Shown here: positions 44,893 through 54,531 of the stretch, piece after piece
Position numbering within the stretch: position 1 is the first letter of the stretch
Layout: each line of letters opens with the position of its first letter
Source of the DNA: a virus
Lineage: Duplodnaviria > Caudoviricetes
Direction: 5' to 3' (one strand)
Virus record (IMG/VR): IMGVR_UViG_2788499822_000003
Coordinates: 3,818 to 67,817 of that record
Length of the DNA: 64,000 bases
The notes under the pieces: model-generated
Databases searched by the model: none
Told to the model about the DNA's origin: nothing
What the model saw: only the letters and a program-made list of their open reading frames with translations
Program-made: the position numbers and the translations under genes

Positions 44893-44915
44893 ACCGGCCC
44901 TGAGCCGGTTTTTTT
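44893..44915 (+). terminator. Intrinsic terminator
   Basis: ACCGGC-CCTGA-GCCGGT plus T run. Confidence 0.7.
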
Positions 44916-44931
44916 ATGACTGGAGATAACC

Positions 44932-45423
44932 ATGTCTGTACTGACACAAGGCACTCAATTCTTTGTCCTCTCGAACGGCATTGTTCAAGAAGTGGAATGC
45001 ATTACTTCATTCACACCTGGCGGTAACCCGGCAGATCAGATTGAAGATACTTGCTTGAGCGAGCGTAACAGCCGGACCTATAAAAAAGGGCTGCGTACAC
45101 CTGCATCCGCAACGGTAACTCTCAATGCGGATCCGAAAAATGCCAGTCACTTGATGCTTCAACAACTAGCCGAGTCTGACGATGAATTGCTGTTGACTTT
45201 CGCTGTTGGCTGGGCGGATGGCGAATCGATACCTACCGCCGGCGCAGGCGCGGGTAGTATTGACGGGCTTACGCTTCCCTCTGATCGAACCTGGTTTGTG
45301 TTCCAAGGTTATGTTACCGACTTCCCGTTTGATTTTGCGGCCAACGCTGTTGTAGCAACTTCCGCCACTATCCAGCGGTCGGGGCCGAGTGCCTGGGTAC
45401 CAAAGGCGGAACAAACAAGCTGA
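44932..45423 (+). CDS. Major tail tube protein
   Basis: MSVLTQGTQFF, IEDTCL, GLRTP, ATIQRSG. Confidence 0.88.
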   Translation: MSVLTQGTQFFVLSNGIVQEVECITSFTPGGNPADQIEDTCLSERNSRTYKKGLRTPASATVTLNADPKNASHLMLQQLAESDDELLLTFAVGWADGESIPTAGAGAGSIDGLTLPSDRTWFVFQGYVTDFPFDFAANAVVATSATIQRSGPSAWVPKAEQTS

Positions 45424-45465
45424 TCCTCTCTGGTTTTCTCCCTTCCACTATAAGTCAGGCATAAA

Positions 45466-45816
45466 ATGAAATTAACACTCGAAAGTCTCAAAGAAAAAGG
45501 CGCCTTTACTGGGCGCCCGGTAGAAAAGGAAATTACCTGGAAACAGGGTGATGATGAGATCACGGCCACCGTCTTTATTCGTCCGCTGGGATACCACTCC
45601 ACCAAGTCCGATTTGTTGGCTATGGGTGGGAAGATTGATAACGTCGCTGGACGCATCGCGGCATCGGTTTGTGATGAGGAGGGACATCCGGTCTTTACCC
45701 CTGAAGACATTACCGGTGAAGCTGACCCGGAACGAGGCGCCCTTGATGGTGCTCTGACTATCGCTCTGCTGGTGGCCATCAATGAGGTAAACGACCTGGG
45801 AAAAACGAAACACTAA
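45466..45816 (+). CDS. Tail assembly chaperone (gpG-like)
   Basis: Position between tube and tape measure; slippery site at the 3' end. Confidence 0.8.
   Translation: MKLTLESLKEKGAFTGRPVEKEITWKQGDDEITATVFIRPLGYHSTKSDLLAMGGKIDNVAGRIAASVCDEEGHPVFTPEDITGEADPERGALDGALTIALLVAINEVNDLGKTKH
45798..45804 (+). other. -1 programmed frameshift site G GGA AAA
   Basis: XXXYYYZ heptamer in frame; the -1 frame reads NETLTAEDEIWCELVMNGIGG into the next ORF. Confidence 0.8.
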
Positions 45817-45845
45817 CCGCTGAAGATGAGATTTGGTGCGAGTTA

Positions 45846-46115
45846 GTGATGAACGGCATCGGCGGCCGTACAATCGCCGAGGCTCAGGAGCGAATGAGTT
45901 TGCCAGAGTTTAGAATATGGCTTAAGTACCGGCAGAAGTACGGAAATTTGAATCCCATGATGCGCACTGAATGGGCTGCGGCCTTGATTTCATCTGTACT
46001 GGCCAATGTGAACCGGGGGAAGGATAGCCTACCCTTTAAGTTAACAGATTTTGCTCCCCATATAGAGGACTCTGCCACCATTACCCTCGAAGAGGCTATG
46101 CAAGAATGGCGGTAG
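45846..46115 (+). CDS. Tail assembly chaperone extension (gpT-like, expressed as G-T fusion)
   Basis: In the -1 frame of the upstream gene; GIGGRTIAEAQERMS. Confidence 0.78.
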   Translation: MMNGIGGRTIAEAQERMSLPEFRIWLKYRQKYGNLNPMMRTEWAAALISSVLANVNRGKDSLPFKLTDFAPHIEDSATITLEEAMQEWR

Positions 46116-46214
46116 TGTTTAAAAAAAACACACTGCATTCAAATGGCTTTGGCTTCCTATTACCCCTAAGCCGTATTAAGATGTAAGTGTGCCTTATCAT
46201 TGGGGGTATAATTT

Positions 46215-46592
46215 ATGAGGAAAATAACGTTTTATTTATTTTTGATATTAATGTCTTCATCGGTTTTTGCTGCTGGGAAAATAGTATATTTGTCCTGTCC
46301 GAAACTTGACGAAAGGGCGCCGGATCTAAAAATAACTCTAGATCAATCTAACGGAACAGCTTCAGCGCAATCTCCTCTAAGTGGATCTGGATTGAATTTT
46401 ACATCACAGGCATCTTTTGGTCCAGAGCAGGTCACGTGGAGAAGTGATTCACGTGAATTAAAACAAATGTTCTCAATTGATCGTACATCCCTAATGTTAG
46501 AGCGTAAAACTTTTAGCGAAATGACTGGAAATACTTATAGCGAAAAATCAGAATGCAAAATAATTAAAGCTCCAAAATCAGCTAAATTTTAA
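46215..46592 (+). CDS. Exported moron protein
   Basis: Signal peptide ending VFA; AT-rich; own terminator. Confidence 0.65.
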   Translation: MRKITFYLFLILMSSSVFAAGKIVYLSCPKLDERAPDLKITLDQSNGTASAQSPLSGSGLNFTSQASFGPEQVTWRSDSRELKQMFSIDRTSLMLERKTFSEMTGNTYSEKSECKIIKAPKSAKF

Positions 46593-46608
46593 ATCTATTG
46601 TTTCATTA

Positions 46609-46632
46609 AAAACCCGCTACGGCGGGTTTTTT
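46609..46632 (+). terminator. Intrinsic terminator
   Basis: AAAACCCGC-TACG-GCGGGTTTT. Confidence 0.75.
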
Positions 46633-46648
46633 ATTATTTGGAGTTTTT

Positions 46649-49600
46649 ATGGCTAATAGATCACTCGGAACCCTGACAATAGACTTAATTGCTAAAACAG
46701 GCGGTTTTGTTCAAGGGATGGACCAGGCAGAGCGCAAATCTCGTACTTGGCGTACTGCGGTGATAAATGATATTGGCCTGGCTTCGAAGTCACTTGAAAA
46801 TCTGGAATTTGTTACAAAGGATACCGCTAAGGTCCAGGAAACGCTTACTAATGCCACGCAAGGGCAAAAAGCTGCTCTCGCCACGTTAGTGGGAATAGTG
46901 GACAACACCTCTAATTCGTTGGCAGGTTTGGGAGAACGTCAGCGCGCTATTAATACCTTGTTTGGCATGAACGCCATTACGACCCAAGAATATGTAAAGC
47001 TTACCACGGCAACTGATGCTGCAAAAAACAGCCTAGCTGAATATGAAATGCAACAGCAGCAGATGGCTCGGGCTCAGTCGGCGTTGGTGACCCAATTTCA
47101 GGCGTTGCGCAATCAATTGGACCCCACTGCCGTTGCTTTCGAACGAATTGCAGAACAGCAAAATATATTATCTCAAGCTAAAGTATCGGGCCTGGTTTCC
47201 TCAGAGGATTTTGTTGCTTATACAACCAAAATAAACGAAATGCGTGAGGCGCTTGAAAAGACTGCTTATGCGGCGACCGCCGCTGGGCAGGCACAAGCGA
47301 AAGCGGCTAGAGAAGCGGCAGCAGCTGACCAACAAGCGGCAGCAGCTAAATCTTCCCTCATTTCTAAGTTACAAGAGCAGATTAATACTTTTGGTCTGGC
47401 CGGTGATGAGCTTCTTCGATATCAGGCTGCCCAACTTGGCATCTCCAAAACCGCTGCTCCATTAATCGAAAATTTATCGCGATTGCAAGCAGAGCAAAAA
47501 GCGGCTGCAGAAATCGCGGAGATGGAAGCTCAGGCGCAACGGGAAGCAGCAGCAGCGGATAAGGCGTCTGAGGCTGCTAAAGCGTCTTTGATCGCAACAC
47601 TTAAACAACAGGTTGAAACCTATGGCATGAGCCGTGCCGAACTGCTGGAGTATAAAGCGGCTCAATTAGGTATTACCGAAAGCACTGCCCAACTTATTGC
47701 TTCGATGAAAGAGCAAGAAAAGGAGACAGAAGCCAATCGCGTGGCAGCGGCAGAAGTGGCCATGCAACAAAAAATGCTTATGCATGACCAGATGGGTTTC
47801 ACCAAGTCAGTCATCGATCAGGCTGAAGCTATTGGCAAAACCAGATCTGAGTTTCTGGAATGGAAAGCCGCTCAGCTTGGCGTTTCTCAACAGATGGCCC
47901 CTTTTATCGCAAAGCTTCGCGATCAAGAAAAAACCATGGATGAAGGAGGAGTGACTGTAGGGCAATACCGGCAGGCGATGCGGTTATTGCCAATGCAAAT
48001 CACTGATGTGGTTACGTCGCTTGCCTCAGGCATGCCTATCTGGCTAATTGCAATCCAGCAAGGCGGACAAATCCGGGACTCATTTAATGGCATAGGCAAT
48101 GCATTAAAAGGGCTTGTCAGTCTGATTAATCCCATTACACTCGGCCTTGGAACCCTCGCTGTAATAGGGGGCGGTTTAGCAATCGCCTTTAAGGAAGGCG
48201 AAGATGAGATGAAAGCCTATAACCAGGCGATCATCACCACTGGCGAATACGCAGGTGTATCTGCAAACCAGCTAGCCGACATGGCTAAATCTATAAGCTC
48301 CAGCACAGGGACGACAGCGAACGCCGCGAAAGCCTTAACTGCTGCGCTCAATACTGGTGCGTTTGATGGCGGTCAATTAAAACTAGTCGCTCAGGCGGCA
48401 GTAGCAATGGAAAGCGCTACAGGTAAAAGCATTGATAATACAATCGCCGAATTTAAACGCTTGGCACAAGATCCTGTCAAAGCCTCTGAGGATTTGAATG
48501 ATCAATATCATTACCTGACTGCATCCATATATGAACAAATTACAGCGCTCGAACGCCATGGAGATACTCAACAAGCTGCAGCGATTGCTGTAAGTGCCTA
48601 TGCCTCCGCAGAACTTAAAGCGGCTAACGATGTAAAAGGCAACCTTGGTGATCTGCAAACTGCCTGGGATTATGTGGCCAGAGCAGCCAAAGGCGCTTGG
48701 GATGCCATGCTGGATATTGGCAGGACACAAACGCCGGCAGATAGAGTTAAGGAAGCTACTGATAGGGTAAACAACCTCAAGGCTAGTTTGGCCGGATTAG
48801 ACTCTATCGACACATCCCAAGGCGGCATGGCAACCGCTGGGGTAGCTAATGCTCAAGCAAGATTTAGGGAACAATTAGCAGCTGCAGAAAGCGATCTACA
48901 GGGTGCGTTAGTCGATAATCAACGCGATGCACGTAAAGCGGGCGTGGATCAAGCTCAGCAGTATTATAATAATCAAGCTATACAGGCTACAAAAGCTATT
49001 AATTCCATGTATGATGCCGTGGAAACTAACGCCGAGAAACGTCAAAAAGAAATTGATTTATTGAATAAGAAAATAGCACAAGGAGGCCAATTACCAATTG
49101 TCAATGGCAAGCAACTTACTTATGACGATATGGTAAATCAAATAAACGACAAATATAAAGATCCCAAAACACATACTACGAAGCTCGAAAATTCCTTTAC
49201 GGCAACTGAGCGGGAATACAATAAACAAATTGCGTTGATTGATACAACCGGTAAAAAGACCGCTATTGTTACTCAACAGCAAAAACTAGCTTCAGATCTG
49301 GCAACTGGGAAACTTGTTGGGCTAAATGCTGTTCAGAAAAAGCGACTTGAACAATTGGCTGAAGAAGTTGATCGACTTAATGCCATTAGAAGGGCTAGTC
49401 TTGAAAATATTAAGGCTAGTGAGTTTGCTGCTAATCTACAGAAACAAAATGATAATGCTAAACAGACCTTAAATATAGGATTAGTCGGCGCCTATGATGG
49501 GGATCAAGAAAGAGACAGAATGAAGGATGTCTTGGATATTCAGCGGGAGTATTTAGCTAAACAAGATGATCTTCAAAAACAATATCAATCTGGAGATATT

Positions 49601-50398
49601 ACAAAATCCCTTTATGATAAAGAGACTGAAGAACTTAATAAGTCATTGTCTGATAGATTAAAGATTCAGGAAGATCATTATAAAAAGGTTGATGAACTTC
49701 AAAGTAATGGAACTGCCGGATTTATATCTGGTCTTTCTTCACAAATGGAAGCATCAATAGATCTTTATAGTAATATGCAGCATGTTGGGGCTCAAGCATT
49801 TAGCAGTTTGACGGACATGGTTATTCAGTGGGCAGAAACAGGAAAATTGAACGCTAAAGATTTTGCGGGGACTTTTCTCCAATCTGTTGGATCCGCTCTA
49901 TTATCCTATGCTGCGGCACAGGTCGCTATGGCTGGGCTTGAGGCATTTACCTCAATGGTTGGGGTTCCATTTATTGGGCCAACAATAGCGGGTCCAGCAG
50001 CTATCGCAGCAGCAGCCGCAGCTGGTGTCTTGGCATTAGGTGTTGGTTCCGCCCTTAAAGGGCAAGCCCATGACGGTTTAGATTCAGTTCCAGAAACAGG
50101 CACATGGCTGCTTCAGAGGGGGGAGCGAGTGGTTACTTCGCAGACCTCGGCCAAATTGGATGCAACGCTTGAACGTGTTAATAAGGATGCAAACACAGGG
50201 GCAAATATTTACAGCCCGACAATCAATATCCCGATAAATGGCAACCCTTCAGATGCCACCATTGCATTGACACGCAAGGCAGTAGCCGAAGGGGCAAAGC
50301 AGGGTTACCAAAGGGCAGTTAATTCTGTCGTTACAGGTCAAGGTGATTTACACCGGGCTCTCATGGCGAAGACCAATGCAGGGAGGAAGAAGCAATAA
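46649..50398 (+). CDS. Tail tape measure protein (1249 aa)
   Basis: LGTLTIDL start, Ala/Gln-rich helices, QITDVVTSLASG...IQQGGQI, GQAHDG. Confidence 0.93.
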   Translation: MANRSLGTLTIDLIAKTGGFVQGMDQAERKSRTWRTAVINDIGLASKSLENLEFVTKDTAKVQETLTNATQGQKAALATLVGIVDNTSNSLAGLGERQRAINTLFGMNAITTQEYVKLTTATDAAKNSLAEYEMQQQQMARAQSALVTQFQALRNQLDPTAVAFERIAEQQNILSQAKVSGLVSSEDFVAYTTKINEMREALEKTAYAATAAGQAQAKAAREAAAADQQAAAAKSSLISKLQEQINTFGLAGDELLRYQAAQLGISKTAAPLIENLSRLQAEQKAAAEIAEMEAQAQREAAAADKASEAAKASLIATLKQQVETYGMSRAELLEYKAAQLGITESTAQLIASMKEQEKETEANRVAAAEVAMQQKMLMHDQMGFTKSVIDQAEAIGKTRSEFLEWKAAQLGVSQQMAPFIAKLRDQEKTMDEGGVTVGQYRQAMRLLPMQITDVVTSLASGMPIWLIAIQQGGQIRDSFNGIGNALKGLVSLINPITLGLGTLAVIGGGLAIAFKEGEDEMKAYNQAIITTGEYAGVSANQLADMAKSISSSTGTTANAAKALTAALNTGAFDGGQLKLVAQAAVAMESATGKSIDNTIAEFKRLAQDPVKASEDLNDQYHYLTASIYEQITALERHGDTQQAAAIAVSAYASAELKAANDVKGNLGDLQTAWDYVARAAKGAWDAMLDIGRTQTPADRVKEATDRVNNLKASLAGLDSIDTSQGGMATAGVANAQARFREQLAAAESDLQGALVDNQRDARKAGVDQAQQYYNNQAIQATKAINSMYDAVETNAEKRQKEIDLLNKKIAQGGQLPIVNGKQLTYDDMVNQINDKYKDPKTHTTKLENSFTATEREYNKQIALIDTTGKKTAIVTQQQKLASDLATGKLVGLNAVQKKRLEQLAEEVDRLNAIRRASLENIKASEFAANLQKQNDNAKQTLNIGLVGAYDGDQERDRMKDVLDIQREYLAKQDDLQKQYQSGDITKSLYDKETEELNKSLSDRLKIQEDHYKKVDELQSNGTAGFISGLSSQMEASIDLYSNMQHVGAQAFSSLTDMVIQWAETGKLNAKDFAGTFLQSVGSALLSYAAAQVAMAGLEAFTSMVGVPFIGPTIAGPAAIAAAAAAGVLALGVGSALKGQAHDGLDSVPETGTWLLQRGERVVTSQTSAKLDATLERVNKDANTGANIYSPTINIPINGNPSDATIALTRKAVAEGAKQGYQRAVNSVVTGQGDLHRALMAKTNAGRKKQ

Positions 50399-50871
50399 TG
50401 GGCATCACTACCAGTATTGACTTCCCGCATGATTATTTGCCGCTACCGCTTCAGGATGGCTTCGGTTTCAAACCGGTCAGCCCAATGTTGCGCACTCAGC
50501 TAACTTCAGGTCGGGCTCGGCAACGCCGCTTATATACATCGACACCGACACAAGCGAGCGTGTCCTGGTTTTTCTCAGAAGGGGAATCCCAGTTATTCGA
50601 AGCCTGGTATCGGGAAACTATTTCTGACGGTGCGGCCTGGTTCAACATGAAAATAAGGGCACCTACAGGGATCTATGACCGAGTCTGTCGGTTTACGGAT
50701 ATCTATGAAGGTCCGACGCTTACAGGTGGAAAATACTGGCAATACAGCGCCACGCTTGAATTATGGGAGCGGCCTTTAGTTATGCCTGGATATGCTGGTG
50801 CTGCTCCGGGGTTTGTGGCGCAGCAGGATATCTTTGATCTGGCAATGAACAGGGAGTGGCCGAAAGCATGA
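50398..50871 (+). CDS. Distal tail protein
   Basis: LRTQLTSGRARQRRLYTSTP; position after tape measure. Confidence 0.75.
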   Translation: MGITTSIDFPHDYLPLPLQDGFGFKPVSPMLRTQLTSGRARQRRLYTSTPTQASVSWFFSEGESQLFEAWYRETISDGAAWFNMKIRAPTGIYDRVCRFTDIYEGPTLTGGKYWQYSATLELWERPLVMPGYAGAAPGFVAQQDIFDLAMNREWPKA

Positions 50872-51350
50872 CCGTCCTCGATAGGCTTTATGCCAGCAGT
50901 GGATCAGAAGTCATTGTTGAAACCCTGCAGATTTTCGTAGGCAATAATACTTATTGGCTGACAAAAGGTTGGGATGACATTACCGCTAAACTCGAAGGCG
51001 GCACAACTCAGACGTTCACCGCATGTGGTATCGATATTGCACTGCCAGCCAGGAATGCCGATGGTACACAAGACCTGAAATTTGCCATCAGCAATATCGA
51101 TGGGAAAGTTTCAACCGCTATTCGAAACGCTTTGGCAGATCTGAGCACTGCGAAAATTATCTACAGAAATTTTATCTCAACCGACCTTACAGCGCCTGCT
51201 TCCAGGCCTTTTACTCTGACGATCAAATCTGGCTACTGGACGGCAACCGAAGTCCAAATCACCGCTGGGTATATGAATATCCTTGATACGGCCTGGCCGC
51301 GCTATCGCTACACACTACCCGAACATCCAGGCCTGCGTTACATCAGTTGA
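50868..51350 (+). CDS. Minor tail protein (DUF1833-like)
   Basis: LYASSG, LPARNADGTQDL, WPRYRYT. Confidence 0.78.
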   Translation: MTVLDRLYASSGSEVIVETLQIFVGNNTYWLTKGWDDITAKLEGGTTQTFTACGIDIALPARNADGTQDLKFAISNIDGKVSTAIRNALADLSTAKIIYRNFISTDLTAPASRPFTLTIKSGYWTATEVQITAGYMNILDTAWPRYRYTLPEHPGLRYIS

Positions 51351-51359
51351 GGGCTCTCA

Positions 51360-51740
51360 ATGATCAATCCAAATAAATACCTGACTGTCACCTGGCAGAT
51401 GGGGGGCCGAACATACCCCGTTCTTGATTGTTACGGGTTAGTCCATGAAATCCGTCGGGATCTTGAGCTACCTGAATGGCCGGCCTTCGAAGGCATTATC
51501 AAGGAAGGCGAGGCGATGAATCAGGCTTGCAACGATTTTAGACCCAATGTGATCCGCTGCCAGCCTGAAGAAGGCGCCGTTGCCGCCTGCTATAGAGGCA
51601 GGATGATAGATCATCTTGGGATAGTCGTTCTGATTGAAGGGCAGATTTGTGTTGCCGAGTGCAACCCACGAAAAAACGTCACATTTTTACCTCTACAACG
51701 GTTTGAGCGTCAATATTTGAAAGTGGAGTATTACCATTGA
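51360..51740 (+). CDS. NlpC/P60-like tail tip protein
   Basis: GGRTYPVLDCYGLV...HLGIV Cys/His pair. Confidence 0.8.
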   Translation: MINPNKYLTVTWQMGGRTYPVLDCYGLVHEIRRDLELPEWPAFEGIIKEGEAMNQACNDFRPNVIRCQPEEGAVAACYRGRMIDHLGIVVLIEGQICVAECNPRKNVTFLPLQRFERQYLKVEYYH

Positions 51741-54490
51741 CCATTCGCATTTATCCGTCGCGCCTGCCGGGCGAACCGCTGGAAACGCACGAACATAAAT
51801 CGATGAGCCTGGACCAGTGGTTTACTCAGCATGTCCGCAATTATCGTAATGACATGGTTCATCCGGTTGCAGCGGCAGTGAACGGGCGTAATGTACCGCC
51901 GGCTGAATGGCCACTTTGCCATATTGAACCTGATAGTGACGTTCGTTTATATCCAGTACCCGCCGGTGCCGCTGTGCCGGTATGGGCTGTTTGGACCGCT
52001 ATAGCGGTTACTGTCGCTGCGGCTGCGTATTCCATCTACATGATGAACCAAATGAGTACTGGTAGTTATTCTTCCAGTACAGGCTCAACACTGGATCTTA
52101 ACCCGGCGAAAGCAAATTCGGCAAAGCTCGGGGATCCGATTCGTGAAGTATTCGGGCGCCGCAAAATTTACCCTGATTACCTTGTTCAACCTGTAGGACG
52201 TTTCGACCCTAATAACCCGGAGAATTACACGGTTCAAATGCTCCTGAGCCTGGGTGTAGGTAATTTCTCGTTTTCAGCTGGCGATATCAGGGTAGGGGAT
52301 ACGCCGATAAGCTCTCTCGGCGGTGATTTCAGCTATGCCGCCTATGGCCCGGGCGCGTATGTGGCCGGCGACGCGCGCAGCGAAAACTGGTTCACCTCGA
52401 CAGAAGTGGGCGGAACGTCCTCCGGTTCCGGTCTGGATATGGGCACAACCTCACCGGATTCCGATGATATTTTGGCAGACTCCCTATCTGTTGCCGGAGA
52501 TTCGGTGACATTTAACGGGCTGGATGAAGACGATAACGATGATGGCGATCCTGATGACAATAAATTGCCCGGGTCCTGGGTCGCCGGCGCAACCGTAAAT
52601 CTCATTATCCCCGATAATATTTATGTGTCAGTCGAAGGACAATACAACCGGTTCACTGGCGATAATTTGATGGAATTGGCCGCGTCTGTCGGTATGCCAG
52701 TGACGCTTAGCTATAACGGCGTGAATTATGATCTGGTTGTAGCATCGTACATCCCTCATGGCGAAACGACTGATCCTGTTTCCGGGGAGACAACCATCAT
52801 AACTGCCAGTTTGACTTTGGCGTATAACGGTGCCACAGGGACGGCATTTTATGGTGTTCCCGCCGGCAATCAACGCGTGGCCATTTCCTACCGCGGCTAT
52901 GAATACCGGCTTTTAACCGTTGACGGCACGACAGTTACTGTTTCCCGTTTGGTTAATGGTGCTGTTGATGAAACCTGGCCTGGGTTCGCTTCTCGCACCG
53001 CATTGGATTTCTCCGCGACCGGAATCAATGGCAACGATGCCTGGCTGGGCCCGTTCTTGGCGTGTCCCGAAAATGAAACGGTGGATTGTGTCGAAGTTAA
53101 TTTTTCGTTTCCTTCAGGCATCTGTGGTTTCGATGATAGTGGCAGCAAGCGTATACGACACACCGAATGGGAAATTCAGTATCGGGTATATAACTCTGGC
53201 GGGGGCTGGATAAGCAGGACGGGCATATACGCAGAAAAAGACGTGAATGGCCTAGGGTTTACCGAGCGCATTGATTTGGGCTCCCCCGGTGTCGTTGAAG
53301 TGCGCTGTCGTCGGACGAATGAGCAGGGCAGCAATAACGCCCGCGATAATATGTACTGGCAAGCCCTGCGCGGCCGGTTGCCTACCCGCCCGACCTCTTA
53401 TGCGAATATCACCACCATGGCGGTCAGCGTGGTTACTGGAGGAAAGTTGGCTGCACAATCCGATAGGCGCATTAATGTCGTGGCCACCCGCAACTATGAC
53501 GCCGGCGGGGATCGCACTATCAGCGGTGCTTTTTATCACGTTGCACGCAGCCTGGGATTCACCGATAGTCAAATCGATAGGGCTACAATTGACGCACTAG
53601 AATCAAACACCTGGTCACCCCGCGGTGAATATTTTGATTACGCAGCAGAAAGTGACGACACATCAGCTCTGGATGTATTGCAAAAAATCACTAACGCCGG
53701 GATGGGATATTGCCTGCTGTCTGATGGATTGCTATCGGCTGGCCGAGAAGGGGTAAAAGGCTGGGCCGGGGTGATAACTCCGCAGGAAACCACGGAGGAA
53801 ATGCAGACCGCGTTTAAAGCCCCGTCGGAGGATGATTATGACGGGGTTGATGTAACCTATATCAACGGTACGACATGGGCCGAAGAAACCGTCCAATGCC
53901 GTACGACTGGCAACCCGACGCCGCGAAAAATCGAGTCCTATACGCTTGATGGCGTGCTTGATCAGAACCGAGCCTATCGCATCGGCATGCGGAGGCTTAT
54001 GGGTTATCTCTATCAGCGCCTAACACACACGGCAAGCATGGAGTTAGATCCGCTCTGTTATCAGTTCATGGATCGTCTGGTACTCACGGATGATATCCCA
54101 GGTAATCAGACCATCAGTTGTCTCATTGTGGATAGTGAAATTAACGGCAATACCACTACGCTGCATGTCAGTGAGTCCCTCGACTGGTCATTTCCAAATC
54201 CCCGCGCTTTGGTCCGGTGGCAAGATGGTGTGGCAAGCGAATTGCTTGTCCCAACGCGTATCGACGATTACACCCTGACTGTTCCCCAGGCGATGCAGTT
54301 TTATGATGGCGATGATCCTTACATAGAACCACCGCGGTTAATTTTCTGCAGCTCGGCACGAGTTGGTTATGACGGCCTTGCGACGGAAATTGCGCCCTCT
54401 TCTGACGGGACCAGCCAAGTCACCTGCACGCAATATGACGTGCGAAAATATCAATATGACGATGCCGTTTATCCCGGCGACGTAAGTTAA
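51737..54490 (+). CDS. Tail tip/host-specificity hub protein (J-like)
   Basis: 917 aa; LGDPIREVFGRRKIYPD; TTG start coupled to upstream gene. Confidence 0.85.
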   Translation: MTIRIYPSRLPGEPLETHEHKSMSLDQWFTQHVRNYRNDMVHPVAAAVNGRNVPPAEWPLCHIEPDSDVRLYPVPAGAAVPVWAVWTAIAVTVAAAAYSIYMMNQMSTGSYSSSTGSTLDLNPAKANSAKLGDPIREVFGRRKIYPDYLVQPVGRFDPNNPENYTVQMLLSLGVGNFSFSAGDIRVGDTPISSLGGDFSYAAYGPGAYVAGDARSENWFTSTEVGGTSSGSGLDMGTTSPDSDDILADSLSVAGDSVTFNGLDEDDNDDGDPDDNKLPGSWVAGATVNLIIPDNIYVSVEGQYNRFTGDNLMELAASVGMPVTLSYNGVNYDLVVASYIPHGETTDPVSGETTIITASLTLAYNGATGTAFYGVPAGNQRVAISYRGYEYRLLTVDGTTVTVSRLVNGAVDETWPGFASRTALDFSATGINGNDAWLGPFLACPENETVDCVEVNFSFPSGICGFDDSGSKRIRHTEWEIQYRVYNSGGGWISRTGIYAEKDVNGLGFTERIDLGSPGVVEVRCRRTNEQGSNNARDNMYWQALRGRLPTRPTSYANITTMAVSVVTGGKLAAQSDRRINVVATRNYDAGGDRTISGAFYHVARSLGFTDSQIDRATIDALESNTWSPRGEYFDYAAESDDTSALDVLQKITNAGMGYCLLSDGLLSAGREGVKGWAGVITPQETTEEMQTAFKAPSEDDYDGVDVTYINGTTWAEETVQCRTTGNPTPRKIESYTLDGVLDQNRAYRIGMRRLMGYLYQRLTHTASMELDPLCYQFMDRLVLTDDIPGNQTISCLIVDSEINGNTTTLHVSESLDWSFPNPRALVRWQDGVASELLVPTRIDDYTLTVPQAMQFYDGDDPYIEPPRLIFCSSARVGYDGLATEIAPSSDGTSQVTCTQYDVRKYQYDDAVYPGDVS

Positions 54491-54494
54491 CCAG

Positions 54495-54516
54495 ACCCGC
54501 TTCGACGGGTTTTTTT
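54495..54516 (+). terminator. Intrinsic terminator
   Basis: ACCCG-CTTCGA-CGGGT plus T run. Confidence 0.7.
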
Positions 54517-54531
54517 ATTTCCGGAGTATTC

